Assembly (NCBI GenBank): GCA_965203475.1
Contig: OZ241890.1
Coordinates: 2,089,423 to 2,153,422 of the forward strand
Direction: 5' to 3'
Length of the DNA stretch: 64,000 nt
Source of the DNA: Gammaproteobacteria bacterium
GTDB taxonomy: Bacteria > Pseudomonadota > Gammaproteobacteria > UBA4575
Of the stretch, positions 13,002 through 23,823 are shown piece after piece. Position numbers and translations under genes: made by a program. Position 1 is the stretch's first letter, and every line of letters starts with the position of its first letter. A model generated the notes under the pieces. That model had not been told where the DNA came from. It searched no databases and was given only the letters and a program-made list of their open reading frames with translations.

Positions 13002-13916
13002 TTATGTATCGGCTAACCAATCTTTTACAGGCAAGAAATCTGTATATAGTTTTTCTTCATCACTGCTCGATTCGGGTTGCCATGCATATTGCCATCTCAC
13101 GTGTGGCGGTAAAGACATTAAAATTGATTCGGTACGCCCACCTGACTGCAATCCAAATAAGGTGCCGCGATCGTATACCAAATTGAATTCTACATAGCGC
13201 CCACGACGGTATAACTGAAACTGCCGTTGTTGCTCATTGAATTCATGATCTTTACGACGTTCAACGATGGGCAAATAAGCTTTTAAATAATAATTGCCAA
13301 CACTTTTAAGCAAGCTAAAACTCTTTTCAAAGCCGCCTTCATTGTAGTCATCAAAAAACAGTCCACCAATTCCGCGTGCTTCTTTACGATGTTTAATGTA
13401 AAAATATTCATCACACCATTTTTTAAACTTTTCGTATAAGCCATTATCAATTTCATCACAAGCTTGTTTTGCTGTTTTATGCCAAAACACAGCGTCTTCT
13501 TTGAATCCATAATAAGGCGTTAAATCAAAGCCGCCACCTACCCACCACACTGGAACTTCATTTTCTTTTTCCGCAATGAAGAAGCGAACATTGCAATGTG
13601 AAGTGGGCACATAAGGATTTAATGGATGCATAACACATGAAACCCCCATGGCTTGAAAATTTCGTCCTGCTAATTCAGGACGTTGTGTGGTAGCGGAAGG
13701 TGGTAACTGATCTCCAAACACATGTGAAAATCCTACGCCCGCTTGTTCAAACACAGAACCATTTTGCAAAATGCGTGTGCATCCACCACCACCTTCTGCA
13801 CGTTTCCAGTTATCTTCTTTAAATACAGCACTACCATCCAGTTGTTCTAACTGTTTGCAAGTACGTTCTTGCAAATCACGTAAGTAATGTAATACTGATT
13901 CGATTTCTGTTTTCAT
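13002..13916 (-). CDS. hemF: oxygen-dependent coproporphyrinogen III oxidase
   Basis: 304 aa. HemF-family signature stretches ([28 protein letters not shown]). Confidence 0.85.
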   Translation of the reverse strand: MKTEIESVLHYLRDLQERTCKQLEQLDGSAVFKEDNWKRAEGGGGCTRILQNGSVFEQAGVGFSHVFGDQLPPSATTQRPELAGRNFQAMGVSCVMHPLNPYVPTSHCNVRFFIAEKENEVPVWWVGGGFDLTPYYGFKEDAVFWHKTAKQACDEIDNGLYEKFKKWCDEYFYIKHRKEARGIGGLFFDDYNEGGFEKSFSLLKSVGNYYLKAYLPIVERRKDHEFNEQQRQFQLYRRGRYVEFNLVYDRGTLFGLQSGGRTESILMSLPPHVRWQYAWQPESSSDEEKLYTDFLPVKDWLADT

Positions 13917-13922
13917 GGGCTA

Positions 13923-14471
13923 TCAATTGCGTAATACTTTTCCAGTTTGTAAATCACAAATGCGACTCGGTATTCCAGTGCCATTACTGCCTATGATTGC
14001 ATAGTCTAAGTGTGGGCCAAACCAATCTCGTAGCTGTTGCTCATTTAATGCAGTTGGGTAATCTGAAATATTGGCACTACTGGATACGATGGCACCCATA
14101 GAGGCGCAAATATTTCTAACATCAGGATGCTGTGTCAGACGTATTGCTAACGAATCATGCTGACCCGTAATCCATCTCAGAACATCAGCTTTAGCAGGGA
14201 TTAACCAAGTAGTGGGTTGATTTGATTGTTCAGTAATTTTCGACAATTGTTCGTTGCTTAGTGAAAGTGAATATGTTTGAACGGTATCAGTATCGGCACA
14301 AAGAAGAATTAACCCTTTTTCAGCGGAACGATTTTTTAACCATAATAATTTTTTTATTGCAGTTTCATTATTGGGATCGCAGCCCAAACCTAAAATAGTA
14401 TCCGTGGAGTAAGCAATTACACCTCCATGTTGCAACACATGAATGGCTTGGGAGATTTGTTTTGCAGACAC
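13923..14471 (-). CDS. tsaC: threonylcarbamoyl-AMP synthase (YrdC/Sua5 domain)
   Basis: 182 aa single YrdC domain (VIAYSTDTILGLGCD). Confidence 0.75.
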   Translation of the reverse strand: MSAKQISQAIHVLQHGGVIAYSTDTILGLGCDPNNETAIKKLLWLKNRSAEKGLILLCADTDTVQTYSLSLSNEQLSKITEQSNQPTTWLIPAKADVLRWITGQHDSLAIRLTQHPDVRNICASMGAIVSSSANISDYPTALNEQQLRDWFGPHLDYAIIGSNGTGIPSRICDLQTGKVLRN

Positions 14472-14482
14472 AAATCGATGGA

Positions 14483-16864
14483 CTAGGTAGATTTTTTAGC
14501 TGCTTTCTTTTTGGTCGCAGCTTTTTTCTTTTTAGTAGTCGTTTTTTTAGTTGCAGCTTTTTTCTTTTGCCCTTTGCGCCAGCTTTTCTTTTCAGGTGCC
14601 TCAGCAATCATTTTTTCACATTCTTCTAAGGTTAATACGGCGGGTTCCTGGTCTTTAGGCACTTTTACATTTTTATTACCATCCGTTACATAGGGACCAT
14701 ATCGACCATTTAATATTTGTATTCCTTGCTCTTCAAAATTTTTAATAATTTTATTTGCATCGGCAATTTTCTTTTCTGCAATTACTTCCAGTGCACGCTC
14801 TAAGGTGATGGTGTAGGGATCGTCTTCTTTAATCGAAACATATTTGGAGCCATATTTCACATAGGGACCAAAGCGACCAATGCTGGTAGATACCGGTTCA
14901 CCTTCATCTGTTTCTCCTAATTTGCGCGGTAGCTTAAATAATTCCATGGCTTGTTCAAATGTAATTTCTGCCATTTTTTGTCCTGGCAACAAGCCCGCAA
15001 ATTTTGGTTTTTCTTCATCGTCACGTGTACCAATCTGCACAAAGGGCCCATAACGCCCCATACGCACGGAGACTGGTTTCCCTGATTTTGGATCGGTGCC
15101 TAATTCTCTAGCTTGTACGGCTTCTTCTCGTGTAACTGATTTGTCTTTGTCTTCAACTAAGGCACTAAATGGTTTCCAAAACGCATGTAATACTGGCACC
15201 CATTCTTTTTCACCACGAGAAATTTCGTCTAAGTCATCTTCAAGTCGCGCGGTAAAGTCATAATCCACATATTGTGTGAAATGCTTTGTTAAAAAATCAT
15301 TTACCAGTCTCCCCATTTCAGTAGGCGTGAAGCGACGATTTTCAACTTCTGCATAATCACGATACTGTAATGTAGAAATTATGCTGGCATAGGTAGAAGG
15401 TCGGCCAATGCCAAATTCTTCTAAAGTTTTTACTAAACTAGCTTCCGTGTAGCGTGGAGGAGGCTCGGTAAAATGCTGTTCGGCACGAATTTCTGTAAGC
15501 GAAACTTTTTCACCAATATCAAAGTTTGGCAGCATTCGATCATCACCATTATCTTTTTTATCGTCTTGCCCCTCCTGGTACACCTGTATAAATCCAGGAT
15601 TTTTAATCGATGAGCCTGTTGCACGGAATACATTACCTTCACCACAGGAAAATTCCACGGCAACCATATTTAAAGTAGCATGGATCATCTGGCTGGCTAC
15701 GGCACGCTTCCAAATCAAGCTATACAATTTATATTGATCGGAATTTAAATGGCTCTTGACTTCTTCGGGAGTACGCATAAAAGAAGTCGGTCGAACCGCT
15801 TCGTGGGCCTCCTGTGCATTTTTTGATTTGGTTTTAAATACCCGCACAGAATCAGGAAGGTTTTCTTTGCCATATCGTTGCGTAATAAATTCACGTAATT
15901 CATCGATTGCTTCCTGCGCTAAGGTCACGGAATCGGTGCGCATATAGGTGATTAAGCCAATAGGGCCGTCCCCAAGATCAATTCCTTCATACAGTTGTTG
16001 TGCCACCCGCATCGTTTTTTGCGCGGAAAAACGAAGTTTTCGAACAGACTCCTGTTGCATAGTTGAAGTAATAAAGGGTGCTGCGGGATTTCGATTTCTT
16101 TCTTTTTTATCTATGTTGCTAACAGTTAATTTACCGTCCGCGTTCTTTTCAAGTAGCGCCTTGGCGTCTAGCGCATCTTTTTCATTATTAATATCAAACT
16201 GATTAAGCTTGTTCTCTTTATATATGTGTAATTTTGAGATGAATTCTTGTTTCTGTTTTTCACAATCGGCTTCTACGGTCCAGTATTCTTGCGGAATAAA
16301 CTTTTCTATTTCGTCTTCACGTTCACATAGCAAGCGTAATGCCGGGCTTTGTACTCTGCCAGCCGATAACCCACGCTTTATTTTTTTCCACAGTAATGGT
16401 GACAAATTAAAGCCCACCAAATAATCCATGGCACGCCGTGCTTGTTGGGCGTTGATTAAGTCATCGGAAAGAATTCTTGGATTATCGATGGCTTCATTCA
16501 CGGCGCGTTTTGTGATCTCGTGAAATACAACGCGGAAGACTTCTTTATCATCTAATAGTCCACGGTCTTTAAGTAATTCATATAAATGCCAGGAAATGGC
16601 TTCGCCTTCACGATCAGGGTCTGTGGCAAGATATAAGGCGTTTGATTTTTTTAATGCTCTAGAAATTTCCGATACATGCTTTTCATTTTTTTCAATGATT
16701 TCATATTTCATATCAAAATCGTTTTCTGGATCAACCGCACCTTCCTTTGGAACCAAATCACGTACATGCCCATAGGAAGCTAATACACCAAAATCTTTTC
16801 CAAGATATTTTTCTATGGTTTTTGCTTTCGCAGGAGATTCAACAATGACTAAATTTTTACTCAT
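14483..16864 (-). CDS. topA: DNA topoisomerase I with a lysine/alanine-rich C-terminal tail (start taken at MSKNLVIVESPAKAKT)
   Basis: TOPRIM N-terminus and Tyr active-site region. Three C-terminal GRFGPY/GRYGPY Zn-independent repeats. Last roughly 35 aa are KKAATKK-type repeats. Confidence 0.9.
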   Translation of the reverse strand: MSKNLVIVESPAKAKTIEKYLGKDFGVLASYGHVRDLVPKEGAVDPENDFDMKYEIIEKNEKHVSEISRALKKSNALYLATDPDREGEAISWHLYELLKDRGLLDDKEVFRVVFHEITKRAVNEAIDNPRILSDDLINAQQARRAMDYLVGFNLSPLLWKKIKRGLSAGRVQSPALRLLCEREDEIEKFIPQEYWTVEADCEKQKQEFISKLHIYKENKLNQFDINNEKDALDAKALLEKNADGKLTVSNIDKKERNRNPAAPFITSTMQQESVRKLRFSAQKTMRVAQQLYEGIDLGDGPIGLITYMRTDSVTLAQEAIDELREFITQRYGKENLPDSVRVFKTKSKNAQEAHEAVRPTSFMRTPEEVKSHLNSDQYKLYSLIWKRAVASQMIHATLNMVAVEFSCGEGNVFRATGSSIKNPGFIQVYQEGQDDKKDNGDDRMLPNFDIGEKVSLTEIRAEQHFTEPPPRYTEASLVKTLEEFGIGRPSTYASIISTLQYRDYAEVENRRFTPTEMGRLVNDFLTKHFTQYVDYDFTARLEDDLDEISRGEKEWVPVLHAFWKPFSALVEDKDKSVTREEAVQARELGTDPKSGKPVSVRMGRYGPFVQIGTRDDEEKPKFAGLLPGQKMAEITFEQAMELFKLPRKLGETDEGEPVSTSIGRFGPYVKYGSKYVSIKEDDPYTITLERALEVIAEKKIADANKIIKNFEEQGIQILNGRYGPYVTDGNKNVKVPKDQEPAVLTLEECEKMIAEAPEKKSWRKGQKKKAATKKTTTKKKKAATKKKAAKKST

Positions 16865-16956
16865 TCCTGTAATTTTATTTCTACACAACTTCCTGGCGGC
16901 GAACTATTACGCATTTAGGAGTGATTTGTAAATATTTTTAATGTGATTAATTTCGA

Positions 16957-18072
16957 CTAGACACGCACATATACACTATTACCATTGTGTAGGACTTGGC
17001 CATTCAGTTCTAAAATCAAAAGGATAGAAGATACAACTTCGACGCTTAAACCGCATTTGTTGACCAAACTATCGATAGATATAGGCTCATACCCCATGCT
17101 TTCCAATACCATTTGATGTTGGGGGTCGTTGTTTGTTGGTGATTCATAGTTATGTGTGATGGGAGGTTCTTTTCTGAGTTCATCTAAAGAAATACAGGGT
17201 TTTAGCTCTTCCAATACATCTTCAACTGTTTCCACTAATTTTGCGCCATTTTTAAGTAAAGCATGTGTACCTTTACTTAATGGACTATTAATCGAACCGG
17301 GTATCGCGAATACCTCTCTGTACTGATCCATTGCAAGCCTTGCAGTAATTAATGAACCACTTTTTATGGATGCCTCAATCACTAATACCCCAAGACTTAG
17401 TCCACTGATGATGCGATTCCTTTTTGGAAAGTGGCCTGGTTTGGGGAGTGTGCCGATGGGGAATTCTGATATTAGCAGTCCTTGTTGACTAATTTGTTCG
17501 GCTAATTTTCGATGTGATGCAGGATATACGTGATCTAAACCACATGCCGCGATTGCAATTGTAGAGCCTATGCTTGCCTGTAGCGCCCCCTGGTGTGCAG
17601 CACCATCAATGCCGCTTGCCAAGCCACTCGTAATGACGAGACCTGCTTGCGCCAGTTTTTCAGCAAACGTTTTGGCAATTTGTTTTCCTTGGGCACTTGC
17701 ATTACGACTTCCAACAATGGCTAATTGCGGGTCTGATAATAAATCGGCCACATGTTTTTTCTTGCCATGCACATATAAAAGTATGGGCGGATCTGGAATT
17801 TGTGTAAGTAATTTTGGATAGTGTGGGTCTTGCATGGTAATGAGGTGATGGTCTTCATGCTCTAACCAGCGTAAGTCTTGCTCTATGCTAGAGGGCTCTG
17901 CCGCAATAATTCCTTCGACAACCGTCTTGGGAATACCAACACTTTCAAGTTGTGGACGCTTGGCGTTTAAAATTTTTTCAGGGCTGGGGAATTCGTTGAG
18001 TAATTTACCTGCAGTCGCAGGACCTAATTGCTTAACATGATTGAGCACCAACCACTCTTCAAGCTGTGACAT
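16957..18072 (-). CDS. dprA: DNA-processing protein A (Smf)
   Basis: 371 aa. Rossmann-like DprA core (AIVGSR, GLASGIDGAAH). Confidence 0.85.
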   Translation of the reverse strand: MSQLEEWLVLNHVKQLGPATAGKLLNEFPSPEKILNAKRPQLESVGIPKTVVEGIIAAEPSSIEQDLRWLEHEDHHLITMQDPHYPKLLTQIPDPPILLYVHGKKKHVADLLSDPQLAIVGSRNASAQGKQIAKTFAEKLAQAGLVITSGLASGIDGAAHQGALQASIGSTIAIAACGLDHVYPASHRKLAEQISQQGLLISEFPIGTLPKPGHFPKRNRIISGLSLGVLVIEASIKSGSLITARLAMDQYREVFAIPGSINSPLSKGTHALLKNGAKLVETVEDVLEELKPCISLDELRKEPPITHNYESPTNNDPQHQMVLESMGYEPISIDSLVNKCGLSVEVVSSILLILELNGQVLHNGNSVYVRV

Positions 18073-18162
18073 CGATTCACTATTAGAATTATTTTAGGTC
18101 ATTGTAACGATTGCTAACCCGGAATACACCCGGATTAGGACCGAACAATTTAGGCAGAAATG

Positions 18163-19377
18163 TTAAGGAGTGACGACAGTATCGCCAAGTTGAATGGTAT
18201 CGTTAGTTTCCATGACTAAGGCATAACTTACTTTTTCAAAAGTTCGAAATACCATCGCAATTCCAGTTTTTTCTTCTGGCAGTTCTACATCAACCAGTGT
18301 ATTAGGATTTTCAAATGGATCACCAATAACGCGCCCAGCTTGATTAACGGCTAGCACATGTCCTTTTTCTATGCCATCGCGATCACCTAAACTGATCGTC
18401 ACTACTTGTAGTGAGCCTACGTGGCTAATGGCATCAAATAACCCAATGACGTATCCTTGCGTACCTTCGGCAGGCGCATGCGGTACAAATTCTGTATCTT
18501 GTTCACTGAAGTTAATCGGCAGTAGGCGATCACCACGCAAAGCTTCGCGTTTGGTTTGAAGTAAATCAAAAGTAACCGGATCGCCAGTACGCACAACTTC
18601 ACCATCACCCACTAGAATGGCCTCATAACCCAACAATTCATTGGATTCAGGATGATGATATTCCTCGCCCTGTCGGAACACAGTGTAGCGACCTACAGGT
18701 TCTTCTTGGAATCCTCGTACATAAACACGATCACCACTACCATAAACAAGACGCTCTTCTTGTGAACCTAATATATAAGGTGAAGTATTTAAAATCTCAT
18801 CACTCAGCACACGGGGTCGAATGATAAATTGCTGAATCGCTTGGATCGGAACATGAAATGCATCCGCGTCAATATCTTCCGTACGCACTTTTGGTGATAG
18901 TCGTTCTGCTCCGACAAATTGTGGACCACCATCGACTCTTGGACCACCGCCCACAGTTATATAGGGCTTGCCACCGACGTAAAATACATTAATCACATCT
19001 CCCGGATAAATAAGATGTGGGTTATTAATCTGTGGATTTAAATACCAAATTTCTGGCCAATACCATGGCTCAACTAAAAAGCGATTCGATAAGTCCCATA
19101 GGGTATCCCCTTCTTGAACCACATATTGTTCGGGGGCTGCAGCTTGTAATTCAACATTATTTTGTTCTGGTGGAACCGGCAGATCTTCTACGCGTGGGGC
19201 AGCACTTTCTGCCACGGCTTGTGATTCACTAGTGGAAACCTCAACCTCAGGTTCACTCACTTCCACACCAGAATTATCGGAAGACAGGGTAGAGGAGCAG
19301 GCTGTAAATCCAAATGCTAAAAATAAAGCTATGGCTGCTAAGAATAATGTATTGAAATGTATGAATTTACTCGTCAT
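18163..19377 (-). CDS. LysM-domain lipoprotein, TsaP-like (positional homolog of Pseudomonas PA0020 between dprA and def)
   Basis: 404 aa. Lipobox FTACSS. LysM motif YVVQEGDTLWDLSNRF...GDVINV. Synteny dprA-LysM-def-fmt. Confidence 0.55.
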   Translation of the reverse strand: MTSKFIHFNTLFLAAIALFLAFGFTACSSTLSSDNSGVEVSEPEVEVSTSESQAVAESAAPRVEDLPVPPEQNNVELQAAAPEQYVVQEGDTLWDLSNRFLVEPWYWPEIWYLNPQINNPHLIYPGDVINVFYVGGKPYITVGGGPRVDGGPQFVGAERLSPKVRTEDIDADAFHVPIQAIQQFIIRPRVLSDEILNTSPYILGSQEERLVYGSGDRVYVRGFQEEPVGRYTVFRQGEEYHHPESNELLGYEAILVGDGEVVRTGDPVTFDLLQTKREALRGDRLLPINFSEQDTEFVPHAPAEGTQGYVIGLFDAISHVGSLQVVTISLGDRDGIEKGHVLAVNQAGRVIGDPFENPNTLVDVELPEEKTGIAMVFRTFEKVSYALVMETNDTIQLGDTVVTP

Positions 19378-19516
19378 AACGATCCTTATCCGCTTTACTA
19401 ATCAATAATTTGTTAAACTAAAGCCTGTATTGTCCCCTATGAATGCTCGGGATATTTTATTCTCACAAGGTTAAAAGACAATACTCGAGTAAGTTTACAA
19501 CAATTTACGTAACTCA

Positions 19517-20059
19517 ATGGCATTATTAGAAATATTACACTTTCCTGATCCCAGATTGCGAAAAAAAGCGAGCCCAATCGATGAGGTGAATGATCAGGTC
19601 CGACAGACGGTGAAGGATATGTTTGAGACCATGTATGCTGCGCCAGGCATAGGATTGGCGGCTACACAGGTGAATATTCAGAAGCAAATCATCGTGATTG
19701 ATGTGTCGGAGGATAAAAATTCACCAATTTGCTTAATTAACCCAGAAATTATAAGTCAGGCCGGCGAAGAAGAAATGCAGGAAGGCTGTTTATCGGTGCC
19801 CGGCATTTTTGAAACCGTACAACGCGCAGAAACCATCGAAGTACAAGCATTGAATGAAAATGGAGATTCGGTAACGCATCAGGTGGAGGGCTTACTTGCG
19901 GTTTGTATTCAGCATGAAATGGATCATTTGGATGGAAAGTTATTTGTAGATTATCTATCTCCATTAAAACGTCAACGCATACAAAAGAAATTACTGAAAC
20001 AGCAAAAACATGAGCAAAGTTCTCAAGATGCTGTTCCGAATTCCGCGAGTGTAATTTAG
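19517..20059 (+). CDS. def: peptide deformylase
   Basis: Motifs [24 protein letters not shown]. Confidence 0.9.
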   Translation: MALLEILHFPDPRLRKKASPIDEVNDQVRQTVKDMFETMYAAPGIGLAATQVNIQKQIIVIDVSEDKNSPICLINPEIISQAGEEEMQEGCLSVPGIFETVQRAETIEVQALNENGDSVTHQVEGLLAVCIQHEMDHLDGKLFVDYLSPLKRQRIQKKLLKQQKHEQSSQDAVPNSASVI

Positions 20060-20105
20060 TTTTACACATTTAATTTGTCGGCGCCTAACTTTTAACTTTC
20101 TAGGC

Positions 20106-21071
20106 ATGACTCAAGGTCTAAAAATTATCTTCGCTGGAACTCCAGAGTTTGCAGCATCTACTTTACAGGCTTTAGTCAAAAGCCCACATCAAGTGCTTGC
20201 CGTATTTACACAACCAGATCGACCGGCTGGACGTGGCAGAAAGCCAAGCTGTAGTGCTGTTAAACACGTTGCGAATCAACATCAGCTTTCAGTATTGCAA
20301 CCAGAAAAAATGGATGATCAAGCTATTCAACAAATTCAATCTTTACAAGCGGATGTGATGGTTGTGAGTGCTTATGGTTTGCTGTTACCAAAACAAGTGA
20401 TTGATCTTCCAAGGTTAGGATGCATCAATATTCATGCCTCCTTACTTCCGGCATGGCGTGGTGCAGCACCGATTCAACGCGCTATCATTAATGGCGACAA
20501 AGAAACGGGAATTACCATTATGCAAATGGTGGAAGCGTTAGATGCTGGCCCCATTTTATACCAAATGCCATGCCTAATTCGTGAACACGACACAAGTGCC
20601 AGTTTGCATGATCGATTAGCTGAAATTTCCGCGAATGAAATCGATGAGGTATTGTCCAAACTACAAAATAAACAATTGAAAGAAACGCCTCAGAACAATA
20701 AGCAGGCCACATATGCTAAGAAATTATCTAAATCAGAAGCCAATATAAACTGGCAAGAGCCAGCTATTTTGATCGAGCGGAAAATACGCGCCTTTAATTC
20801 TTGGCCAGTAGCCTATACCTATCTTGATGATAAACGCTTGCGAATTTGGAAAGCGACAGTTAAAGAAGATATTTGTACCGGGCAAGTTGGTGAAATTCAA
20901 GCTGCTAGTAAAGATGGGATTGAAGTTGTAACCGGCGATGGTTTGTTATGTTTGCAATCATTGCAACTTCCCGGAGGCAAAGTGATCAGTGCGGAGGATT
21001 TCATAAATGCCTATCAGGTGAAGGGCAAAGTGTTAACTACTGAGCGGACTCAATCTGTTATAAGCGCATGA
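20106..21071 (+). CDS. fmt: methionyl-tRNA formyltransferase
   Basis: 321 aa. Formyltransferase N-terminal domain (NIHASLLPAWRGAAPIQ) and C-terminal domain. Confidence 0.9.
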   Translation: MTQGLKIIFAGTPEFAASTLQALVKSPHQVLAVFTQPDRPAGRGRKPSCSAVKHVANQHQLSVLQPEKMDDQAIQQIQSLQADVMVVSAYGLLLPKQVIDLPRLGCINIHASLLPAWRGAAPIQRAIINGDKETGITIMQMVEALDAGPILYQMPCLIREHDTSASLHDRLAEISANEIDEVLSKLQNKQLKETPQNNKQATYAKKLSKSEANINWQEPAILIERKIRAFNSWPVAYTYLDDKRLRIWKATVKEDICTGQVGEIQAASKDGIEVVTGDGLLCLQSLQLPGGKVISAEDFINAYQVKGKVLTTERTQSVISA

Positions 21072-21619
21072 ATAAAGTTTTCAAAACTACACTTTGCATT
21101 ACATTATTTCTGGTTTTTTCTTTTCCAGTTTTTGGTAAATCTATCGCAATCAATTATTTTAATATTGCTGAAATTGAAAACGAATTGCGTCTCGATGCTG
21201 AAATCAGATATCGATTAAACCAAGAAGTACGCGATGCACTTACCAATGGAATTGAACTATTATTTCAAGTTGAAATACAAATAAAATCTGAACGTAATTG
21301 GGTGTGGAATAAAACAATTTCAAGTACAACCTATACCAGCACTTTAAATTACCATGCATTAAGTAAACAATATGTGTGGGAAAACGTAGAAATGGGTGTC
21401 AGCGATAATTTTCCGGACTTGGAATCTGCGCTTATTCATCAAGGGCGTATTTCAGCCATGTATATTGCAGAAACGAGTAATTTTAAAGCTTCAGAAAAAC
21501 ATATCGTGTTAATGCGTTCGCGTTTATTAACCGATACGTTACCTCTGCCATTAAAGATGAGAAGTTACTTTTCTCCAAAATGGCGTATGGATAGCGGGTG
21601 GTACGAATGGCGTCTGTAG
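21068..21619 (+). CDS. DUF4390-like periplasmic protein (the one normally found between rsmB and the ntrY-type kinase)
   Basis: 183 aa with signal peptide. ATGA overlap with fmt and overlap with the downstream kinase. Call rests on position, length and synteny. Confidence 0.45.
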   Translation: MNKVFKTTLCITLFLVFSFPVFGKSIAINYFNIAEIENELRLDAEIRYRLNQEVRDALTNGIELLFQVEIQIKSERNWVWNKTISSTTYTSTLNYHALSKQYVWENVEMGVSDNFPDLESALIHQGRISAMYIAETSNFKASEKHIVLMRSRLLTDTLPLPLKMRSYFSPKWRMDSGWYEWRL

Positions 21620-23823
21620 AAAAACAATCATTTATTCGCATTTGGCCCATATTATTATTGTTTGCCTTGCTAATGGGCTCGCTATTTTTAATGGCGGATG
21701 CCACACGAAGTGAAACCAGTTTTAAAGATTTACATTATTGGTTATTTCCTTTCAATGTATTACTGCTCGCCATCTTTCTAATTCTTATTGTAATTAATAT
21801 TTATAAGCTCGCAGCACAGGTTTTAAAACGTCAACCAGGTTCACGTTTAACGTTACGTTTACTATTAATGTTTGTACTACTCGCGATCGTTCCCGTAGGA
21901 ATTGTGTATTCATTTTCAATTTGGCTAATACAAGAAGGTGTCGATAGTTGGTTTGATACTGATCTAGAAAAATCATTACAGGATTCTGTTGATCTGAGCC
22001 GCTCTTCACTCGACTTACACATGCGAAATCTACGCAAGCAAACACAACCGATGGTGGAGAAACTTGCACGTTCCAATCAAATCGATGCTCCACTAGTGAT
22101 AAACGATTTACTGAGCCAAAGTGGTGCCGCAGAAATTGTGTTGTTTGACCGTAGTAGTCGAATTATTGCCTCTGGTGGAGAAGTTGGTGCTTCCGTATTG
22201 CCGCGTTTACCAGGGGAAACCGTTATGCAGCTTGTGGCACAAGGAGAAACTTACGTTGGATTGGATCCTATTAAGGACAGTGGTCTGCATGTACGTTTAG
22301 TTTTTCCGATTCAATCGGATAGTACAGTTTCTCAAGAACGTATGGTGCAAGTGTTGTACCCCATATCAGACCGTATTAGTGATCTTGCTTTAAATGTACA
22401 GCAAGGCTTTGGTAAATATAATGAGCTTGTTTATTTGCGCACACCATTAAAACAAAATTTTTCTTTGATTCTTACCCTAGTATTGTTACTTGGAGTGTTA
22501 TTTGCTGTATGGGCTTCATTTTATTCTGCCCGCAGATTGGCTGCACCGATTAAAGATTTAGCTCAAGGTACCAAGGCGGTTGCTGCTGGTCAGTACCATA
22601 AAAAAATACCCGTTGAACAAAAAGATGATATGGGAATGCTGGTTGAGTCTTTTAATCAAATGACAGAGCGGTTATCACTGGCCCGAGACAAAGCAAAACT
22701 AAGTCAGCGTTTAATCGATGGACAACGACTTTATTTGCAAACCATTTTAGAAAACCTTTCGTCTGGAGTTATCAGTCTGGATAAAAATTTAATCGTTAAG
22801 ACAGCAAATGCATCCGCTTCGCAAATTTTAAACTCTAACATCAATGAGTTTATTGGGTCTGATATTGGGCAATTATCCATGGCACACGAAAATCTTAAAA
22901 GTTTTTGTGATCAAATTGTACCGTTATTGCAAAGTGATGAAAAAGAATGGCAAACCGAAATTAAATTATTAGGAGAAGATAGTGGTAAGACCTTAATGTG
23001 CCGAGGTGTTACCTTGCCGCAAGAAGATAAACCAGAGGGAGGATATGCGCTTGTATTTGATGACATCAGTGAACTAATTCGTGCACAAAGAGATTCCGCC
23101 TGGGGTGAAGTGGCTCGAAGATTAGCGCATGAAATTAAAAATCCATTAACACCTATCCAACTATCGGCAGAGCGTTTACACGGTAAAATTTTACCAGAAC
23201 TAAATGAGCATGAAGCCAGTATACTGGAGCGTGCAACCAGCACCATCGTGCAACAGGTGGAGTCGATGAAAACCATGGTGAATGATTTTGCCGAGTTTGC
23301 ACGTGCTCCTGAAATAGAAAAACTACCACTGGACCTCAACCGCCTCATTTCAGAAGTAATCGAACTTTATAAGAACAACACTTATAACATCGAAGTGCAG
23401 GCTTCACTGGATGAAATTCCTCCAATGATCAAAGGAGACAGTATTCGCTTACGTCAGCTACTACATAACGTAATTAAAAATGCATTAGAAGCTATGCAAG
23501 AACAATCTGGAAGTAAGATACAAATCACAACGCGTTGTTTTGAAATTAGTAGTGTAGCTTTTGTTAGTTTAGTGATTTTAGACGATGGACCTGGAATTCC
23601 TCTAGTTATATTGGATCGTTTATTTGAACCCTATGTGACCACAAAAAGCAAGGGAAATGGATTAGGATTGGCCATTGTGAAAAAAATTGTGGAAGAACAT
23701 GGTGGCACCATTCAAGCAGAAAATGCGGCACCGATGGGAGGCGCACGAATTAAAATCCGTTTTCCTATCAGTTCAATGCTGACTTCCAATGTACGCATAC
23801 GTTCTCAAGGAGATGCTGCATGA
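21598..23823 (+). CDS. ntrY: NtrY-like sensor histidine kinase (TM-HAMP-PAS-HisKA-HATPase)
   Basis: 741 aa. H-box HEIKNPLTPIQLSAERL. G-box GNGLGLAIVKKIVEEHGG. Confidence 0.8.
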   Translation: MVRMASVEKQSFIRIWPILLLFALLMGSLFLMADATRSETSFKDLHYWLFPFNVLLLAIFLILIVINIYKLAAQVLKRQPGSRLTLRLLLMFVLLAIVPVGIVYSFSIWLIQEGVDSWFDTDLEKSLQDSVDLSRSSLDLHMRNLRKQTQPMVEKLARSNQIDAPLVINDLLSQSGAAEIVLFDRSSRIIASGGEVGASVLPRLPGETVMQLVAQGETYVGLDPIKDSGLHVRLVFPIQSDSTVSQERMVQVLYPISDRISDLALNVQQGFGKYNELVYLRTPLKQNFSLILTLVLLLGVLFAVWASFYSARRLAAPIKDLAQGTKAVAAGQYHKKIPVEQKDDMGMLVESFNQMTERLSLARDKAKLSQRLIDGQRLYLQTILENLSSGVISLDKNLIVKTANASASQILNSNINEFIGSDIGQLSMAHENLKSFCDQIVPLLQSDEKEWQTEIKLLGEDSGKTLMCRGVTLPQEDKPEGGYALVFDDISELIRAQRDSAWGEVARRLAHEIKNPLTPIQLSAERLHGKILPELNEHEASILERATSTIVQQVESMKTMVNDFAEFARAPEIEKLPLDLNRLISEVIELYKNNTYNIEVQASLDEIPPMIKGDSIRLRQLLHNVIKNALEAMQEQSGSKIQITTRCFEISSVAFVSLVILDDGPGIPLVILDRLFEPYVTTKSKGNGLGLAIVKKIVEEHGGTIQAENAAPMGGARIKIRFPISSMLTSNVRIRSQGDAA

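Noticed and set aside
14368-14607. 79-aa ORF rich in Lys/Arg overlapping the topA 3' end
   Set aside because: It is a frame-shifted reading of the KKAATKK repeat DNA and lies fully inside topA on the same strand.
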